This document shows positions 60,591 through 64,000 of a stretch of DNA of 64,000 nucleotides, piece by piece; position 1 is the stretch's first letter; each line of letters opens with the position of its first letter. The notes under the pieces were generated by a model. That model had not been told where the DNA came from. It did no database searches and was given only the letters and a program-made list of their open reading frames with translations. Location: the NCBI GenBank assembly GCA_963847705.1, contig CAWKBC010000021.1, positions 256,001-320,000 of the forward strand, given 5' to 3'. This DNA is from an uncultured Pseudomonadota bacterium. GTDB lineage: Bacteria; Myxococcota_A; Polyangia; Fen-1088. A program made the position numbers and the translations under genes.

Positions 60591-61597
60591 CACAGCTGTA
60601 CCCTCTCGACCTCGGCTTGCGCGATCTTTCGATCCGCACGGACATAGAGCCGGGTAGTGCGGGCGTCGGCATGCCCGGCCAGTGCCTGGGCGTCCTCGAG
60701 CCGGCCTTTGTTCTCCTGGTGGATCGTGATGCCCGTCGCCCGGAATGAGTGATTGCAAGTGGAGGAGGGGAGTCCCGCGTCCTTGCAGCGGCGCTTGACC
60801 ACCTCCCACACCTTGCCGCCGGCTATCGGCCTGCCCGAGAGCGCGGGCTTGCGGCCGGGAGCGCTCTGGAACAGCGGCACCTTCGCTCGCGGCTCGAAGC
60901 CCGCCGCTGCGACGTATGCTCGCAGATAGTCGCGCGTGACGTGATGGCAGGGGATGCGGCGCTCCTTGCCGCCTTTTTCGTGCAGCACAAGCGTTGCGGT
61001 CGCGCTTTCGTCCTCGAAGTCCCTTACTGTCATCTTGCAGAGCGCCCCCACGCGCACGAACCCGAACAACATGACCGCGAACATGGCCCGGTCGCGCAGC
61101 GCCAGAATATCTCCGGTCTCGGCGGCTGTGTCGAGCAGCGCGAACAGCGCCCGTGCCTCGTCGCGCTCGAGCACGGGCGTCTTGCCTTCGGTCACGACGA
61201 GCCGCTCGGTACGGACGGACAGGGCAGGGTTGTGCGGCAGGACGCCGCGTTCCGTGAGAAAGTCCAGCCAATGGCGGATCGCCGAGGCCGTGAGCTTCAC
61301 GCTCGCGGTCGAGACGTCCAGGCCCGCGAGATAGACGCTTACCGTCGGCGCGTCGAGCCGTTCGAGGCTGACGCCCTCACGCTCACACCAGGCACAGAAC
61401 GCGAAGACGGCGCGGCCGTAGGCGCGGCGCGTGTGCGCGTTCGGAATCCGCGCCGTGAAGAATTCGAGGGTAGTGCGCGCCGCGCGCTCCCCGGAGCGGG
61501 CGATCATCGCCGGCAGGACCATCGAGACGACGGCTGCGCCGTGTACGGTGACCGTTAGGCTCATCGACGGGGCAGGGGAGTGGGCTTCGCCATTCAT
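60590..61597 (-). CDS. Intact tyrosine recombinase (resolvase-like)
   Basis: LEFFTARIPNAHTRRAY, LRDRA..VRVGAL (R), EKGGK (K), HSFR, AGH, TTRLY. Confidence 0.92.
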   Translation of the reverse strand: MNGEAHSPAPSMSLTVTVHGAAVVSMVLPAMIARSGERAARTTLEFFTARIPNAHTRRAYGRAVFAFCAWCEREGVSLERLDAPTVSVYLAGLDVSTASVKLTASAIRHWLDFLTERGVLPHNPALSVRTERLVVTEGKTPVLERDEARALFALLDTAAETGDILALRDRAMFAVMLFGFVRVGALCKMTVRDFEDESATATLVLHEKGGKERRIPCHHVTRDYLRAYVAAAGFEPRAKVPLFQSAPGRKPALSGRPIAGGKVWEVVKRRCKDAGLPSSTCNHSFRATGITIHQENKGRLEDAQALAGHADARTTRLYVRADRKIAQAEVERVQL

Positions 61598-61664
61598 GGC
61601 TGCTCATTCTCCGTTACGTGCTGTGCGTTACCGGCTTCGACCTTAACGATCTGAGGGTGGTTCG

Positions 61665-61994
61665 TCAAACAGCCTTTGAGGCTTGGCCGTGACGTTTCAC
61701 GAACTGCTCAAAGGCCGCCAATACCGCGTCGGCATCCTCCGAAAGGATGTGCGCCGGCTGCGAAACATCGACGCGCTTGCCGATCTCGCGCGAGTATTGC
61801 ATCGCGATCGAGCAGGCGCGCACCGGCACAGAGCGATCGCTGCCCCACTGAAAAATGCCAGCGAGGAAGAGGTAATGGACGCCCTGCGCCTCGCCGTGCG
61901 TCGAAGGCACCGCCTCCCACGCCTCGACGAAGCGATAAACGTTGCCCGGCTTGTCCTTCTGCAGCTCGAGATCGATCGTCCTGTGCGATGCCAT
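61665..61994 (-). CDS. Hypothetical protein (109 aa)
   Basis: Co-oriented, 2 bp after the DUF3892-like gene, globular composition. Confidence 0.65.
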   Translation of the reverse strand: MASHRTIDLELQKDKPGNVYRFVEAWEAVPSTHGEAQGVHYLFLAGIFQWGSDRSVPVRACSIAMQYSREIGKRVDVSQPAHILSEDADAVLAAFEQFVKRHGQASKAV

Positions 61995-61996
61995 AA

Positions 61997-62209
61997 TCAG
62001 CCGAGATTGTCGGACTCGGTCTTGTCCGGATTTGAGACGGGGGTCTTAACGCCGTTGATGACCCTGACGTGGTAGTCGGGGTACTTCCCCTGCCCGATCG
62101 CCTGGACGAATTCCGCGCGGCTCATGGATCGCCGCCGGTCGGGATCGAAGAATCGCTGGTTCCGGCCGCTATCCGTCTCTTCCGTCACGCGCACTCTCCG
62201 CGACATCAC
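61997..62209 (-). CDS. DUF3892-like small protein
   Basis: GRNQRF.D..MSRAEFVQAI..G.YPDYHV..NG..TPVSNPD....NLG; RBS AAGGAG. Confidence 0.75.
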   Translation of the reverse strand: MMSRRVRVTEETDSGRNQRFFDPDRRRSMSRAEFVQAIGQGKYPDYHVRVINGVKTPVSNPDKTESDNLG

Positions 62210-62217
62210 CTTTCTCC

Positions 62218-63186
62218 TTATCCTGCCGCGCCCTGCTTGGCGGGCTCCTGGTGGTGCGTTTCGACGAGGAAGGTCGCGAGCGTTGCCGCCGCGCCGACGG
62301 CCAGCCGTGCGTGCCGACCGTCCAGCACACGGGAAGACGGCTGCTTTCCGTGCCCTGTTCCGTAGAGATTGCGCAGCTCGGCAAGCCTGCCGGCGATGCT
62401 GCCGAGATTGTTCAGCACGATGCGCATCGCCTCCGCCCCCTTCGCGGAGGCATGGACGTCCTCCGGAGCCAGCTTCAGCTGCTTCATGGCGGCCTTTACA
62501 AGCGCCGGGAGATCGAGCCCGTCGTCGCAGGCTCCGGCGCGCGCGACGAGGATTGCCTTACAGACCGTCTCGACCAGCTCTTTGGCTGTACCGATAGCCA
62601 GCTCCGGGTCGTCCTGCACCGCCGCATGCATCCGCGTGATCTGCTGGTTGACGTACTCGGCTCCGAGCGGCTCGACGGCGGCCCTCACGGTCGTGACGGC
62701 GTGATCGGCGCCCAGCACGAGCCGCCGGCCCGCGTAAGCCGGGCGTCCCGAGATCAACGTGGCGGGATAAAGCTCCCAGCCGTCGGCCGCGAGGTGGCGG
62801 TTGAAGGTTTCGGCCAGGGTGCGGACCTCGTCGGTGTCGGGACGCACGGCGGGGTGGAGCGTCTCCGCCAGGAACCGGAGCAGCTCCTCGTCGGAGCACC
62901 ACATCAGGTTGAAGCGGCTGTCCGTGAAGACCCAGTCCGGCTCCCCATCGTCGTTGTTGACCCGGTGCTGCCAGATGTCGGCGGCGGCGCTCTTGAACCG
63001 GTGATCGTGCGAAGGCATCGCCTTGAGGTCGTAGAGGCGCGCGAGAAAATCGGGTTCCTGCATGCGGCCGGACCAGGACGTCCTCGACACGGTGATCGCG
63101 TCGAAGATGTTCCTGCGCGTGACCTCGGTGATCACGCTCGGCGTCTGGAGGCTTTCCAAGGCCATCGGGATCGGCATCGGGCCCAC
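62218..63186 (-). CDS. Abortive infection protein (AbiJ N-terminal domain plus Abi_C)
   Basis: ITEVTRRNIFD, FLARLYDL..MPS.D.RF, DIWQH, HPAVR, AIGTAKELVETVCK, LRNLYGTGHG. Confidence 0.88.
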   Translation of the reverse strand: MGPMPIPMALESLQTPSVITEVTRRNIFDAITVSRTSWSGRMQEPDFLARLYDLKAMPSHDHRFKSAAADIWQHRVNNDDGEPDWVFTDSRFNLMWCSDEELLRFLAETLHPAVRPDTDEVRTLAETFNRHLAADGWELYPATLISGRPAYAGRRLVLGADHAVTTVRAAVEPLGAEYVNQQITRMHAAVQDDPELAIGTAKELVETVCKAILVARAGACDDGLDLPALVKAAMKQLKLAPEDVHASAKGAEAMRIVLNNLGSIAGRLAELRNLYGTGHGKQPSSRVLDGRHARLAVGAAATLATFLVETHHQEPAKQGAAG

Positions 63187-63203
63187 TCACCCCTCCCCCC
63201 GTG

Positions 63204-63237
63204 TTCGCGGGAGATAACGTCTTTTATCTCTCGCGAA
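63204..63237. other. Palindromic tyrosine-recombinase-type site (14-6-14)
   Basis: TTCGCGGGAGATAA-CGTCTT-TTATCTCTCGCGAA; arms are inverted with one mismatch and the 6-bp spacer is asymmetric. Confidence 0.7.
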
Positions 63238-63338
63238 ACTAGCCGGAGAGGGGGCACGGGTCAAGTGTTCAGTGGTCCCGGATCGGGACAGCGGATCCCT
63301 ATGAGCATGCGTGGCGGTTCGCTGACCCGGGACTTGGA

Positions 63339-63818
63339 CTAGTCATCCTTCAGTGGACAGAGTGCAAGCCAGTGAACGTTAACCCAGCCAAGATTTGGCC
63401 CGTCGGTCTGTACGTACAGAGGAAAATTGAATTTGGTCGTTCCACCTCCGTCTGTATTTGCGTCAACCACGGCACTCACATGAACGCCCGGCTTCGCGCC
63501 CGGCATCGGCGTTTGACGGAAATCAACGCCTGATATTGCCGTTTGAATAACTGGATGATCGCAATCAACCGCTGGTTTAAGCGTAACGGTGTGGACTGCC
63601 TGCTGCCAGCCCGGTGACCGAGTCGAGGGAACCCACGCGGTTTTCGGATACGGGTCAAAATCTTCGTACCCCGCCTGCGCGATGTAGTACCCGGCATGGG
63701 TCATCTTCAGAAGCTTGGTAGTCGCTACAACACCACCGGCACCGCCGACCAAGGCAGACAGTAGAATCGGCAGGACGGTCTTTAAGAGTGACTGCCACCA
63801 CTTTTCGTCCTCACCCAT
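63339..63818 (-). CDS. Hypothetical protein with N-terminal TM anchor
   Basis: RBS AGGAG, TM VLPILLSALVGGAGG, beta-rich C-terminus; visibly lower GC than the rest of the window. Confidence 0.65.
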   Translation of the reverse strand: MGEDEKWWQSLLKTVLPILLSALVGGAGGVVATTKLLKMTHAGYYIAQAGYEDFDPYPKTAWVPSTRSPGWQQAVHTVTLKPAVDCDHPVIQTAISGVDFRQTPMPGAKPGVHVSAVVDANTDGGGTTKFNFPLYVQTDGPNLGWVNVHWLALCPLKDD

Positions 63819-64000
63819 GTATACGCTCCTGATGTTGGCCGTTGTTGCCGAGCTGTAGAATCAGCTCTTACTGGTCCCTCTGAATCTTGTCTTCGCGAGG
63901 GTGGTCGATCCTCCCGGAATCCCCCGCCAGCGCCATTCCTACGTCTTAGCGTCGTGGTCGGCAAAGACGATCAACCGCCAGCGAATCGCGCCGTGCCGAG

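Noticed and set aside
60591-61271. 593-aa long form of the Sir2 ORF
   Set aside because: The N-terminal extension is an alternative frame inside the recombinase gene; the Sir2 domain starts at ATG 60590.

Overview
High-GC bacterial DNA; the gene content suggests a Myxococcota/Polyangia-like organism, but that is inference. There are four zones. (1) 1-11.7 kb: signalling and general-stress genes (hybrid histidine kinase, CheB-CheR-PAS fusion, degenerate kinase, RsbRD-type kinase plus receiver, small stress proteins). (2) 11.8-24.8 kb: a minus-strand alternative complex III plus caa3 (A2-type) oxidase operon in non-canonical order (actA-B-D-E-G?-sco-coxB-A-C-D-orf-actC-actF). (3) 24.9-39.7 kb: a stress/carbon cluster (DUF4142, glycogen debranching enzyme, ASRT, enolase-superfamily enzyme, FAD/Fe-S oxidoreductase, TPP enzyme, CDF transporter, SDR). 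(4) 39.8-64 kb: a mobile-element graveyard followed by a dense defence island. The graveyard holds serine- and tyrosine-recombinase remnants, toprim and ParA fragments, tmRNA/tRNA 3'-end att scars and exported cargo genes. The island holds a DUF4365-like nuclease, type I CBASS (CD-NTase + Cap15), an AAA-DUF4143 ATPase, a two-methyltransferase R-M-like locus and a Ser/Thr kinase. It also holds a co-oriented AbiJ / DUF3892 / orf / tyrosine recombinase / Sir2 / PD-(D/E)XK nuclease module preceded by a 14-6-14 bp palindromic recombination-like site, which is the best candidate for an undescribed system. All family calls come from reading motifs by eye; no searches were run.
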